Below the pieces are notes generated by a model that saw only the letters and a list, made by a program, of their open reading frames with translations, was not told the DNA's origin and made no database searches. From the NCBI RefSeq assembly GCF_041146345.1, contig NW_027191405.1:1364001-1428000 (forward strand): a DNA stretch of 64,000 bases, given 5' to 3'. How positions within the stretch are numbered: the stretch's first letter is position 1; each line of letters opens with the position of its first letter. The translations under genes were made by a program, and so were the position numbers. The stretch is from Neodothiora populina (lineage: Eukaryota). Positions 39,875 to 51,850 of the stretch are shown here, piece by piece.

Positions 39875-41297
39875 TGTGACGAGTGAGTGATCGAAGCGAC
39901 AAGTAAATATTGCGCTACGTTCAGATGAAGATGCTGAAGGAGGAATTGTTAGTAAGTGAAGGGCCAAGGTGAAGGTGCTGCGATGTGGGCATCTATATGT
40001 GAAGAGAGAGAGAGTGTTAGCGTCTCAAAACAAACACGTCCCAATCGGGCAATGGAGCGAGGATCACGCACACAATAAACGTGATATAAGGTCGACTATG
40101 GGCTCAAAAGATGCGAGAGAGCGGCTCGAGTGAGTCAAGATGAATTCGAGGGAATACAGGGCGTGATGATGGGGGGTAGCACGCGCTGCAGACGGTATAT
40201 GATGGCTCAAAACAAACAGGGCGCCGAAGATGTTGATATTGAGGTGTAGGCGGATGAAACGAGCTCGAAGGGACCGACCAAGGTACTCCTCACTAGTGGA
40301 GAGAGATCGAGGAGGGAGACAGGGAGTTGTCGAGGTTAAAAGTCGAGGCTGGAGAGGTTCAAAGAGAATGTTGATGTTTGAAGGACAAAAGCCGGAAGAG
40401 GCTCTTTCTGTGTGTCTCTCACTCACACGCAACGCACAGCAGCAGTCCTCTTAGTGTCAGTCTTGATGCTGCGCTGCTGAGTGCACGGTTCGGTCGCGTT
40501 GTGCAACTGCTGCAGGCAAGGCTGTTTTGGTGCACAACTCCAATTCGCGAACTGGACGCGGTACGGGTGCAGAGTGACGACAGTTTCCAACCTCCCGTTT
40601 CATTAATTGTATACCTAAGGTACCTTACCTTACTTTATGTCGGCATAGTCGCCTTATTCATTTCCATTAGTCTAACGCATCTTCACTCCTTCACAGCGAC
40701 TGCAGTACTACTAATCTCACAATGAGCCAGAGTCAAAAGCTTAGTTTAAGACGCAGAAACAATTCGCCAGATGTGCCCGTGTGTGCGTGTGTGTATCCTA
40801 CTCTACATGAGGTTTGCGCCGTCATTACATTGATCTCCCCAGAGAGGATCGCAATCGACTGTGCTGCGATGGTTACGGGTGATCTATCGCTTGCACACCT
40901 CACGCAAGGAAAGAGACTCGAAGCTAGGATCGCCTGGGTAACACGTCCATGACCAATCGCGATGCACGAACGAGCAGGCATTCGCGGGATCTCGGCTTGG
41001 CCTTGCTTTTGCCTACAAGGTCACCTGGTTCTCATTATACGCATCGGTAGCCGTGCACCACTTGCCATGCAACACAACGGCACAAGTCTTGGCTCTTCCG
41101 ACACGCCCATTGTACGGAGGTACTGCACAGAGGACAGAAGGCTCGGCGAAGATTTGGGGCGTCCGGGTCGAGCGACGACAAGACTCTACTAGCAATTCCA
41201 TAACGTCCATAATTTCGGCATATCACCAGCTCGCCTGTCCAGATCCAATAGTCGTCAGCTGGACACGCTTGCCTTCAATTGACCATCATCCAACAAG

Positions 41298-42481
41298 ATG
41301 CTGCAGCCTCGGCTATGGCAGCAGTCTTCGCGACAATGTTCTTCGCTGTCCCGCTGTCTTCGCCCTGTACGAACATACGCAACCGTGGTTGAGGCCTCTG
41401 TCCAGTCCAGTGTCGCCACTGCGGATGCAGTGGCTTTCAGTCCCTCTGCCGCACCCAAGAGAAAGCAAGGCCAGTTCGCCCTGAGGACCTACAAGCCGCG
41501 CACCCCTGGTACGAGATGGCTGCGCCGACCCATCAACGACCATCTCTGGAAGGGCAAGCCATTGGCCAAATTGACCTTCGCCAAAGTCGGTCACGGGAAG
41601 GGTGGTCGTAACAACCGCGGTCAAGTCACCGTCAGACACAGAGGCGGCGGTCACCGACGAAGAATCAGAACCGTCGACTTCAAGCGCATGGAACCCGGCA
41701 AGCACGTGGTGGACAGAATCGAGTACGACCCGAATCGCAGTGCACATTTGGCGCTGTTGACGAGAGTGGAGACTGGCGAAAAGAGCTATATCATTGCCGC
41801 GGACGGCATGAGTGCAGGCGACGAGATTCAGAGTTACAGGTCGGGCATTCCGGGTGATCTGCTGAGGAGTATGGGTGGCGTCATGGATCCCGGTATGCTT
41901 GCCGCGAAGACGGCATTCAGAGGAAACTGCCTGCCTGTGCAGATGGTGCCGCTGGGCACCCAAGTCTACAACGTCGGCTCTACCAAGGGCAAAGGCGCCG
42001 TCTTCTGCCGAAGTGCTGGCACTTTTGCAACCGTCATCGCAAAGGAAGAGTCGGGCAAGAAGGTCAAATCTGTCACGGTCAAGCTACAGAGCGGAGAGGC
42101 CAGAACCGTCGATCCGCAAGCATGTGCCACAATTGGTGTGGCCAGTAACCCACAATACCACTTCAGAATCCTCGGAAAGGCTGGACGAAGCAGATGGTTG
42201 AACATCAGACCTACCGTCAGAGGTCTTGCTATGAACGCAGGTATGTGCTCCATGCTGGATCGCTCTCCATACTTGCGGCTTTCATCAGTGCTAACAGATG
42301 CTCAGCGGACCATCCTCACGGTGGTGGTAGAGGTAAATCCAAGGGTAACGTTGATCCCGTCTCCATCTGGGGCACACCAGCAAAGGGTGGATACAAGACC
42401 AGACACAAGCGAAACCCAAACAAGAACCTGGTTCAAGACAGAGTCAGGAACCAAGGCAAGAGGAGAACGTCCAAGAACTAA
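41298..42481 (+). CDS. rml2: Mitochondrial ribosomal protein uL2m
   Basis: Mitochondrial presequence-like N-terminus, [28 protein letters not shown], and [19 protein letters not shown] across intron 42241-42305. Confidence 0.95.
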
Positions 42482-43186
42482 AATTCGAAAAACCTTCATC
42501 CATATACACACCCACCACCCACAATTTCCATGTATCACCACTTTTACTACGGACTATGTATCTCACCTGGCCTGCATGATGTATCGAGCTCCTAGGAAAA
42601 AATTCCCACTGTACTACATTGTAACAACTACCGTAACCCAATTCCTTGAATCGAACAGCCCAGGGTCAAATGCGGCCAAGCTTGATACCTAACTCTGGAT
42701 TCACCGTGGTATACTCCGTGGTTCATCAAGACAACCCGAAGGATTGCATAAATGATAGACCGGCGCCTCCTTCATACCGGTCACTGATTTGGTTCCTTGC
42801 CCTTCCGCCAAAACCTCGAGCTTGAGATCTAAGCGACCGGTGAAAAGAGGCGTGATGATTTGATGTGAGACCAAGCACAATAATTATGCAACTTCGTGGG
42901 TCAAGCTAGTCTATATGAATGATTGATTAATTGTGTCTATTTATACAATTGACATTATGCGGAGGCCGCGCTTTCCCAAAGTGAGTAGAACGCGGAGCTA
43001 GCGCGTGTGACTGTGACGCGCACCTTCCATTATACTCGACTAGAACGCGTCTCCGCGATATCGACCTCGAGCCAAAGCCTGACATCTCGACATCATCATT
43101 ATCATTGTCACGCTGATTCATCAACGCTGTGTGAATCCATCTCATCTGGTATACTCCATGAATGACTTGCTTTTCCGCGTCGTGTT

Positions 43187-46100
43187 ATGTCGTCCCGCCA
43201 AAAGTCTTCACTTGAGCAGGAACACGCAAAGGTATAGTACAATCAACTTTCTAGACTAACGCCACTACTCGTTGCTCTAACGCGTTTTTATCAAGAAAAA
43301 TCATAAACCGACAAGTAACCAGACAAGAAACTTTGGTCCGAGGACAACCAGTGATCCTTTGCCTCAAGCATTTCCGTCTTTGAATACGCCCGTCAAACCT
43401 GCGACTCAGACTCGGACCAAACCACACACCTTTCCATATACTGGTGGTGGTGGCGCACTAGGCAGCGAGAGTCGGAAGTCAGAGAAGGAAAATGACAGTT
43501 ACCACCAGCTGAAATCCTCTCAGTCGCCTGAGAAAGGTGTCGCAAGCACAACGCCCAAGATGTCTCAGATCAAAACATTTCCCTCAACGCCTGCCATGCG
43601 ATTACCGCTAGCGGATCTAGTGGGAAATGCCGAGGAAGCATTGCGGAGGCACGATGAACCCAAAGAGCAGTCACCGGCAGAGCAGGTGGGCTGGATAGCA
43701 AACAGCTCTCACCCAGACCTGACGCCTCGTCAGAAACGACGAAGAGCCCAGAGTTCATCACCCGTCACCTCTTCACAAGAGCCTTCCTCCGACCAACGGG
43801 ACCCTTTCGGTCTCAAGAACCTGCAGCCACAGCTCAAGACGCCGCGGACCATCTCAGATCCAATTGCGGATCTCTGGACCCGCTACGCTGCAGGTAGAAA
43901 CCCAGACGATCCAGATGCCAAGCCTCCATCTCTGATCCACTTGATCGAGCCATCATCGCCGCGATCAGGGCCGCGAACACCGGGTGCAAGTGTTGGGGGA
44001 CTTAGAAGGTGGGCCTCCTGTGGAATGGATTTTCCGGCAACGAAGGTCAAGCGACGAAGAACGCATGGCATCTTCAGGGATCGATCTGAGGACCGTGATG
44101 GAGAGGATGCGAACCATGCAAAGCCTGTATCTCGAGTCGGCATGCTTGTTGAGAAGGTGCAAGCCTCACTCGCCCAGCCAAAACACCTGGCCAGAGAAGG
44201 TCCCAGCAGCTCCTCACCTTTACCTGACAAGGGCGATCTTTCCCACATCACTGATCTCTCGCCGGCATCACAGCGTGAGAATCGTGCAATGCGATCAAGA
44301 CATTCTTCACAACGTGTCGGGTTGAGCCAGCGCTCCAACCAGTCTATACAAAGCTCACGAAGTAGAGAAGTGGATCTGGACGAGTTTGGCGACGATGATA
44401 TAGATCTTGACATGGCGGAAGCTGTACAGATCACACCCACATCAAAACGCTTATCTGACACAAACCGTGACCCGCCAGAATTTGTTGGTGAACAACACAG
44501 TTCAGACGGGCGTATGAGCACGATCGACGAGGACTCGGACGAGTTTGGAGATGTCGATTTAGAGCTATCTCTTGAAGACATGGATGCTGCAGTGCCACTC
44601 TTCCATAGCAAACCCAGCTCGCGGACCATGAGTGCGTCTGTGTCTGCGCCTCCGAGTAGGCCCGCATCGGCCAATCGAAGCAACTATACCGCTGTGCCGT
44701 CGAAGACAGAACAGAACCCCGATGTCAATACGACTACGCAGCCCCGCTCTACGGTGCATCCTGCCAACCAGCAAATTTCAATTGATCTTACCGGCTTTTC
44801 GGATGACAATGATAATTACGATGATGATGATGATGACGACGACGAATTTGGAGATTCAGACCTGGACGATGATGCATTTGCTCAGGCGGAATTGTCAGCA
44901 ACACAAGCTGCACACCAGGCAAGTGGCGCGGTTGCAAGTTCTGTACGTATCTCAAATTTACCTAGATGAACATAGTAATAGGTAGCTAAGAATCATTCAA
45001 AGCATGATATGATCAAGTCCCGTGCCATCCAACGTTATCTTGTGAAGCAAGTGATCGAGGGCCAGTACACCAATGAGAAGGGCAAAGTCATGTCTGAAAA
45101 GGTAGGCTCCACCATCGTTACCTAGACTTGCCGAGACTGACACGGCCAGATTCTGCTTGTAGAGGACGAGGCCGGTCAACGTACCAGAACCATAGCTCTT
45201 CGCCAATCCTGGTTCGACACACACTGCACGCCCGGATCATATGTTCATGTGGTTGGCGGAACCTTTAGCGCAGCCGGACATGTCACCATTGATGATGTCA
45301 ACAACCTTCTCATTGTCCACCCGGATCATCTCATATCTGCCACTGTCGTTGCAGACTCCTTTGAATGCATCCGTCGAGCTGTACTCCAGGATCGAGTGAA
45401 GGCTACCAGCAGTGCTAACGAATATAATGTATATGGTAACATATTGCACGAAATATTCCAGGAGGCGCTCAAGGCAAACCGGTGGGACCCTGAATGGCTT
45501 GATCAACTGGCGGAAACGACACTCGATAAGTTTCTCGAAAAACTCTTCGAGATTGGCCACGATGGCACGGGCAAGGCTCTCGAACACCTCAGAAGCAAGA
45601 TGCCTGAGCTAAGATCGTGGGCGGGGTCTTTTGTCAAAGCCAAGCCAGGTCCAGATGCTCTTGCCGACGATCGTAATGGGAAAAAGGTTCGTATGAGTGT
45701 CACTAAATTGCTTGACGTGGAAGAGCATGTGTGGTCGCCTACATACGGACTGAAGGGTAACATCGATGCCACTGTGCAAGCTGTCATGGAGGACGAGTAT
45801 GGTACACGGTCTCTAACGGTACCCTTCGAGGTCAAGACCGGCAAGAACACGTCAAATGCTTCTCACAGAGCGCAAACGGCGTTATATACCTTGCTGCTGT
45901 CGGACAGATACGGTCAGTATCTTTTCAACCTGTCTCGTAACCAGCATATTCATTCTCTGCAAACGCTAACATCTTGTAGACATCGATGTGGTCTATGGCA
46001 TACTCTACTATATGGAGACTTCGGCAATCTCACGCGTGCCTGCTATCCGTAACGAACTGCGACACATGGTCATGCAACGCAACGAACTCGCTAGCTATGT

Positions 46101-48906
46101 CCGTGAACGACTCCAGCTACCTCCGATGCTACAGAACCCACACAAATGCGGCCGTTGCTACGCAAAAACACAATGTTTCCTGTATCATAAACTTGCGGAA
46201 GGCGGCACAGCCGAGACAGCCGGCGTCAAGGAGAAATTTGATGAGCTCGTCGGAAAGCTGCAGCCGGTGCATCAGGTTTTCTTCAAAAAGTGGGATGACC
46301 TGTTGACAAAAGAGGAAAGCGAAATGATGAAGTTTCGTCGTGAGCTTTGGACCATGCTCTCCAAGGAACGTGAAAAGCTCGGAAGGTGTTTTTCTGAAGT
46401 GGTCGTGGAGCCCGGCAGCAGTCGTATGCACGAGGAAATGGCTAAGATCAATCGTTACAGCTACACTTTTGTCAAGAAAGAGACATTGCCAGGGTTCTCG
46501 TTCACCGAAAGTCAAATCACCGTCGGCGAACCCATTGTCATCTCGAGTGAACAAGGCCATTTTGCCCTCGCCAACGGATATGTGACCAAAGTCTCGAGTC
46601 GGCGCATCTCGGTCGCAGTGGACAGACGGTTGCACAATGCTCGAAGGAAGCTACGAGGGTTCGACACGCAGAAGAACCAGTCTTTTGTAGGTATCATGAA
46701 TGTTAGCGGAGAAGGACACGAAAGGGAAGATCCGGGAGATGTTCCAGTCTATCGTCTGGACAAGGATGAATTCAGCAATGGCATGTCAACTGTCCGCAAC
46801 AACCTTCTCAGCATCATGGACGACAATGTATATCGATCATCTGAGATCCGCGCTCTTGTTGTCGAGAACAAAGCTCCTACGTTCAAGCCAGTCCCGTCAA
46901 AATATCAATTGCCACCAGGCGAGCTGAACCCCGACCAACGCGCGGCGATTGACAAGGTCATGTCGGCGCAGGACTACGCTCTCGTCCTCGGTATGCCAGG
47001 CACAGGCAAGACCACGACCATCGCTCAAATCATTCGCGCATTGGTCGCACGAGGCAGATCTGTGCTTCTGACATCCTACACCCATACAGCCGTCGACAAC
47101 ATCTTACTCAAGCTTCGCTCACCGGCTGGTCAGAAGCAAGACATAAGCATCATGCGCTTAGGAACGATATCAAAGATTCATCCCGAAGTGCAGGACTTTG
47201 CCAGTCTAGCCGCGACTCCGAGGCACAGTCTCGAGGAGATCCAAAATGCCTATATGACTCCTCAAGTAGTGGCTACTACCTGCCTCGGGGTGTCACATTT
47301 CTTGTTCCAAAAACGTGTCTTTGACTACTGCATCGTGGACGAGGCATCGCAGATCACATTGCCAGTGTGTCTAGGCCCAATCCGCATGGCGCGCACTTTC
47401 GTGCTTGTGGGCGACCACAATCAACTGCCTCCTCTCGTGCAGAACAAGGATGCACAGGAAGGTGGGCTCGACGTCAGTCTTTTCAAGCTGCTCAGTGATT
47501 CGCATCCCGAAGCCGTTGTTGAGCTAGGCAGGCAATACCGTATGTGTGAGGATATCATGCTGCTTTCGAACACGCTCATCTACGGCGGGAAGCTACAATG
47601 TGGCGCGCCGGCTGTGGCTAAGCGGACGCTTGCCCTTCCAAACTTTCCTCGTAGGTTGAGTCGTTTCCACCGCGATCAGAGTCGGCCTGGGGATGTCACA
47701 TCTGCGCATGGAAACTCATCGTCAGATTACACGTCCATCACGCAATGTAAAGGCGTCGACTCGTCGTCGTGTTGGCTCGCCGAAATCCTACAACCAAGCC
47801 GAAAAGTAGTCTTTGCAGACACAGACACTCTGCTTCCGACTCCACCAAGAGATACGGCGTCCGGGTCAAGAATCATCAACGCAACAGAAGCATCTCTGAC
47901 GATTCAACTCGTCTTTTCTCTTCTCTCAGCCGGTGTCCCCGCAACAGAAATAGGCGTCATCACATTCTATCGCTCCCAACTTGCGCTCCTGCGTCAAACG
48001 GCCAAAGCCTACGCCGCAGGCTTAGACTACGGCTTCGCGTCCAACGGCGGCATCGGCAACAGCAGCAGCAGTCGCGACGCAGCCGCAGCAGCAAATAATA
48101 TCAGCGCATGGCAAAGCGTCGAAATGCACACCTGCGACAAGTTCCAAGGCCGAGACAAAGAAGTCGTGATCGTGTCGTGCGTGCGATCCAACGAGACCGG
48201 AAATATAGGCGAGCTGCTGAAGGACTGGAGAAGGATCAACGTTGCCGTCACGCGCGCGAAGAGTAAACTCGTCATGTTGGGCTCTGCTTCCACTCTGAAA
48301 AGCGACGCCTTGTTGGACAAGTTGTTGAATCTGCTGGACCGACAAGGCTGGGTGTTCAAATTCCCTGGCCATGCAGAGGGGGACCACGCTTTCGAGGTTG
48401 GCGCCACGGGTTGGTCGGGCGGTGTGGCTACGGGAGTCGACATTACTCCAAGAAAGGAGAGCAGAGTCGGCAATGACAGTTTGCAGAACAAAAGCCCAAG
48501 TCAAAAGCGCAGAAAAGCGCTGACGCAGCGCAAAGGCATGGACAACTTCCTGATCACAGAGGAAGCGATGCCCACGGCGTCAGGAAAGGAGAACAGAAAC
48601 TCTGATGTTGATATCGACATTGAGAACCTCGGCAGCGTCAACAAGAAAAGAGGTGACGGGCCATCCCAACAGAAGAACAAACTCCACAACAAAGAAAAGC
48701 AAACCGGCCTTCAAGAATCCCACCACCACCAGCGAGAACCGCAAAAGCAGCGCCAGATGAAACCCTTCAAAGTCCCTCATAAAGTCGGGAAAACCACCGG
48801 AAGCAAAGCCGTCGAGGACAAGATCAGAAAACTAGGCAAGAGCGGAGTCGTGCTTCAGGATATTGTTAATGACGCGCTTGGGGATGGGGTTGTTGAACTT
48901 GATTGA
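43187..48906 (+). CDS. dna2: DNA replication helicase/nuclease Dna2
   Basis: Nuclease motifs GNILHE, GNIDAT and EVKTG; Fe-S Cys (SFEC...CGRCYAKTQC); SF1 helicase motifs GMPGTGKTT, DEASQ, VGDHNQL and DKFQGRD. The first exon (43187-43231) splices in frame. Confidence 0.95.
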
Positions 48907-49269
48907 TTTTCTGATAGGATGGTTGACTTAGATGGGAGTGAGTAGGTTTTGGGTCAGGTTAAGGTCAGAGCGCGTCGTGGTTGTTGGATTAGTATAGTAA
49001 AGTCTGTATGGTTTGGATGTAGCGTATAGCGAAGTTTGGAGTATCTGGATACAGAAAGAGATGGCGTTAAGCTGCATAGTCTACCTTGGTCTAGTATACT
49101 CTTGGAAGTGCCGCAGGATAAGGTGTATCGTACCACGCAAGACATATGAGGTTAGATAGCGAATACCATCACAGCGATAAATGTCCCTTCCTAAGGAATC
49201 AGAATATGGCTTGAGCGTTCTCCAGTATATCCTACTGTGACAAAACCTTACGCCTGCTTGAGAAGACTT

Positions 49270-49297
49270 GATACAAAAGCTGCGATACAAAAGCTGC
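49270..49297. repeat. 14-bp perfect tandem duplication (GATACAAAAGCTGC)x2
   Basis: Read directly from the sequence. Confidence 0.85.
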
Positions 49298-49669
49298 ACG
49301 AGACGGGCTGAGATTTCGATACATGTTCTGTGCTTTCACCGTATAGAGACCAGAAGAGAAGAGAAGAAAAGCAAAGGCTTAGACATCTCTCTCACGTCAT
49401 ATAACTAAAGTATCACCTTTCGAAATGAACTGATATGAGAACACATTGTCTAATGCACCTACTCATTTACATCCTCCGAAGATGAGAAAGCGGTGAAGTG
49501 GTCCTCACCACAGTGAGTGCCATCTTGTACGCATCAGGGCTATGCTCAGATACCATTCGCACAATGAAATTGCTCACCACAAGCCATGAACTTGCGCAAG
49601 AGCTCGTGTTACACGATGCCACCCTGACGTGCTTTATATAAAGAGGCTCAGTTCTTCAAGGTCGACGAG

Positions 49670-50020
49670 GGACACGATCTATCCTCTGGCCCCAATGCCC
49701 ACATTTTCGGGTCTCGGAGGCTGGGGTTCTTGATGTGGTGTAACACCCCGGCGGAGGACAAAGCATGGGCACATATACAGAGAAGGCTCACGCGTGATCT
49801 CAGAGAGGCGATGGCAAGAATGTAGTATTCTGCTTTTCGCCTTGCTTTACTAGCGTCTTATTCTAGACACTAGAGATGGCGAGAGGACACCAGGTCCGCG
49901 GAGATATGCTTGCCTGCCTGCCTGCCCTCACGAGGTGTCGCCCGGGGTGATGGCGACGCGGACTCGGATCCGATGCGACGCGAGGGCGGTGTTGAGATTT
50001 TGGTGCGTTGAAGCACTCCT
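49670..50020 (+). ncRNA. Candidate structured Pol II ncRNA with Sm-like site (snRNA-like, family unassigned)
   Basis: TATATAAA at 49635-49642; several GC-rich stems; GATTTTGG (49996-50003) followed by a GTGC-N6-GCAC hairpin; no ORF of 60 aa or more in the track. Ends are approximate. Confidence 0.45.
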
Positions 50021-51850
50021 CAAGTGACGTATGCTTTGACGGTGTGACGGCGTAGACTTTTCACTTCGATTCTGCGTTCAGTTGTTGTGCTATGTAGTCG
50101 AGTTAGAGGGTACAGGGAAAAAGTGAGGCGTGGACCTGTCAATAAGGTCGAGAGATAGAGATGATTGCAGCTTTCTTGACTGATAGAGTGAACCAGCATC
50201 ACTTGTACAGTCACTTCTCGAGCATCACAGATGTACAAGCACATTTCTCATCTTTGAGAACAAGGTCCAGATTAATACTCTTGACTTCCCAGCAATCGAA
50301 CCCCGTGTCGACGTGCTCGTCGACGTAGAGCCTCACTCCTAGGAGACAGGGCAGAATATGTAGGCAGGCACCGATCAGTTACTCTGCATATTTACTTACA
50401 GATCTCGCGATCATACAATCACTACTTTGTAGGACACAATTGACGCCCAAACCAGCTTTGCTGAAAGGATGAATGAGTATCAGTCGTCAATGTGACTGCT
50501 CACGACATTCTCGGACAACAACGAGGCTTGGACTACGGCATGGGAAGAGCTCGAGCAGGGTCAAGATACCAAGTACAGAGAGGCGGTTCATATAGCATAA
50601 GGTGTTATGCAGACTCCCCGTACCACCTTGCTACTCGATCGTGTGTTTGAGATATGAAGTGAGCGCGCTTGTCTCGAGCCTGCTTCTCGTCTCCACGTCC
50701 ATCCCTTGGGTACAGAAGGTGAAAGGAGGGCAGTGTCCTCAACCTTGGCGCTATCAACATGTGGCTACTTGACTGCACGTCTGTGTAGGGGATTGAAGTA
50801 AGTAGGTGTTCATCTTTAGTAAAGATGTGCTTAATGTAGGATGAGTGTTTCAGAATAGGGGCAACTCGGGGAAGGGATGCAGGACGAACTTTGCTCCTGA
50901 ACTCTAGCGAATGAGTATTCCATCGACCTCCTTCACTAATACACCAATCTCAACCCTCAGATCAAGGTACGCCAAGCAACGGAATAATCACGAAACAAGA
51001 AGATAGAGAACAAATGTAAGTACAGGTACTGTGGAAATTGACATACATTGACATGCATCCAAGGCATCCACTAGAACGATTGTGTGAAAGAACAAGACGG
51101 GGTCACCCTACTCGAAAACCCTACACTCTGGATCGGGTCCAATAGAACAGGAAATACATGATTTCTAGCATCAGCACGCGAACACAAGGTATTATTTAGC
51201 TCCCGCTTTATATGGCCTTAAGTACAATCGTAGTCCATAGTGGAAGTCTGTATCGCGCCACCCTGTCGTGTCCTTGTTGGAATATGAATGTGTAGGTATG
51301 ATTGATGTGCGTTCATTCATACAGTTTCATGGTCGCTGCTAGAAACAAAAGTAAGAGGGGAGCAGAAAGACACAACGATAAAGCGATGTGGAAAAGGAAT
51401 AGAGGATATTGGATCATAGCTATACAGTTCTACGTGCAGACTCAAAATTAAAAACACAACGTAAGGTCAAGTCAGCGCAAAAAGAGGATTTGCACAGGGG
51501 CTAGAGATTTGCTGAATCGCGTTATAGTCATTGGAATGGAGAAACCGAGAACGAGGTAGCCTCCCTTTTCGGATCGTTTCGCTTGTTGTAGATAAGCCTG
51601 CCTGACTACTCCTTTGGGGGTTCTTCCCACTTTCGAGTGATCGCGCCGTGGTTTGGAAGGCGAGGCCCCGAGATCCTGTACCAGGTACCGCCGGGGCCCT
51701 AGATAGTGACTGACACGACGATACGGCAAACAGCAGAAATGGGTCTAGAATCCGATTTCTCATGGTCAGGTGAATGTTCTTCTCATCCTGCCGGTGACTG
51801 TGTAGCTAGCACATCGCGCAAGTGGGCATTGAGCTACCCTCTCCCACATC

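Noticed and set aside
49670..50060. RNase MRP/P, U3, SRP or a canonical U1/U2/U5/U6 gene
   Set aside because: Diagnostic elements are absent or fragmentary: paired P4 GAAAGUCCCC/GGGGCU, C/D boxes, the U6 AGC triad and ISL, and an ATACTTACCTG 5' end.
50290..50305. GGTTCGATT B-box-like motif on the minus strand
   Set aside because: No T-stem pairing or cloverleaf around it.
48907..51850. Telomerase RNA in the long gap between Dna2 and the HMG gene
   Set aside because: No TAACCCTAA-type template on either strand; only AAACCCTA near 51116, with no recognisable pseudoknot.
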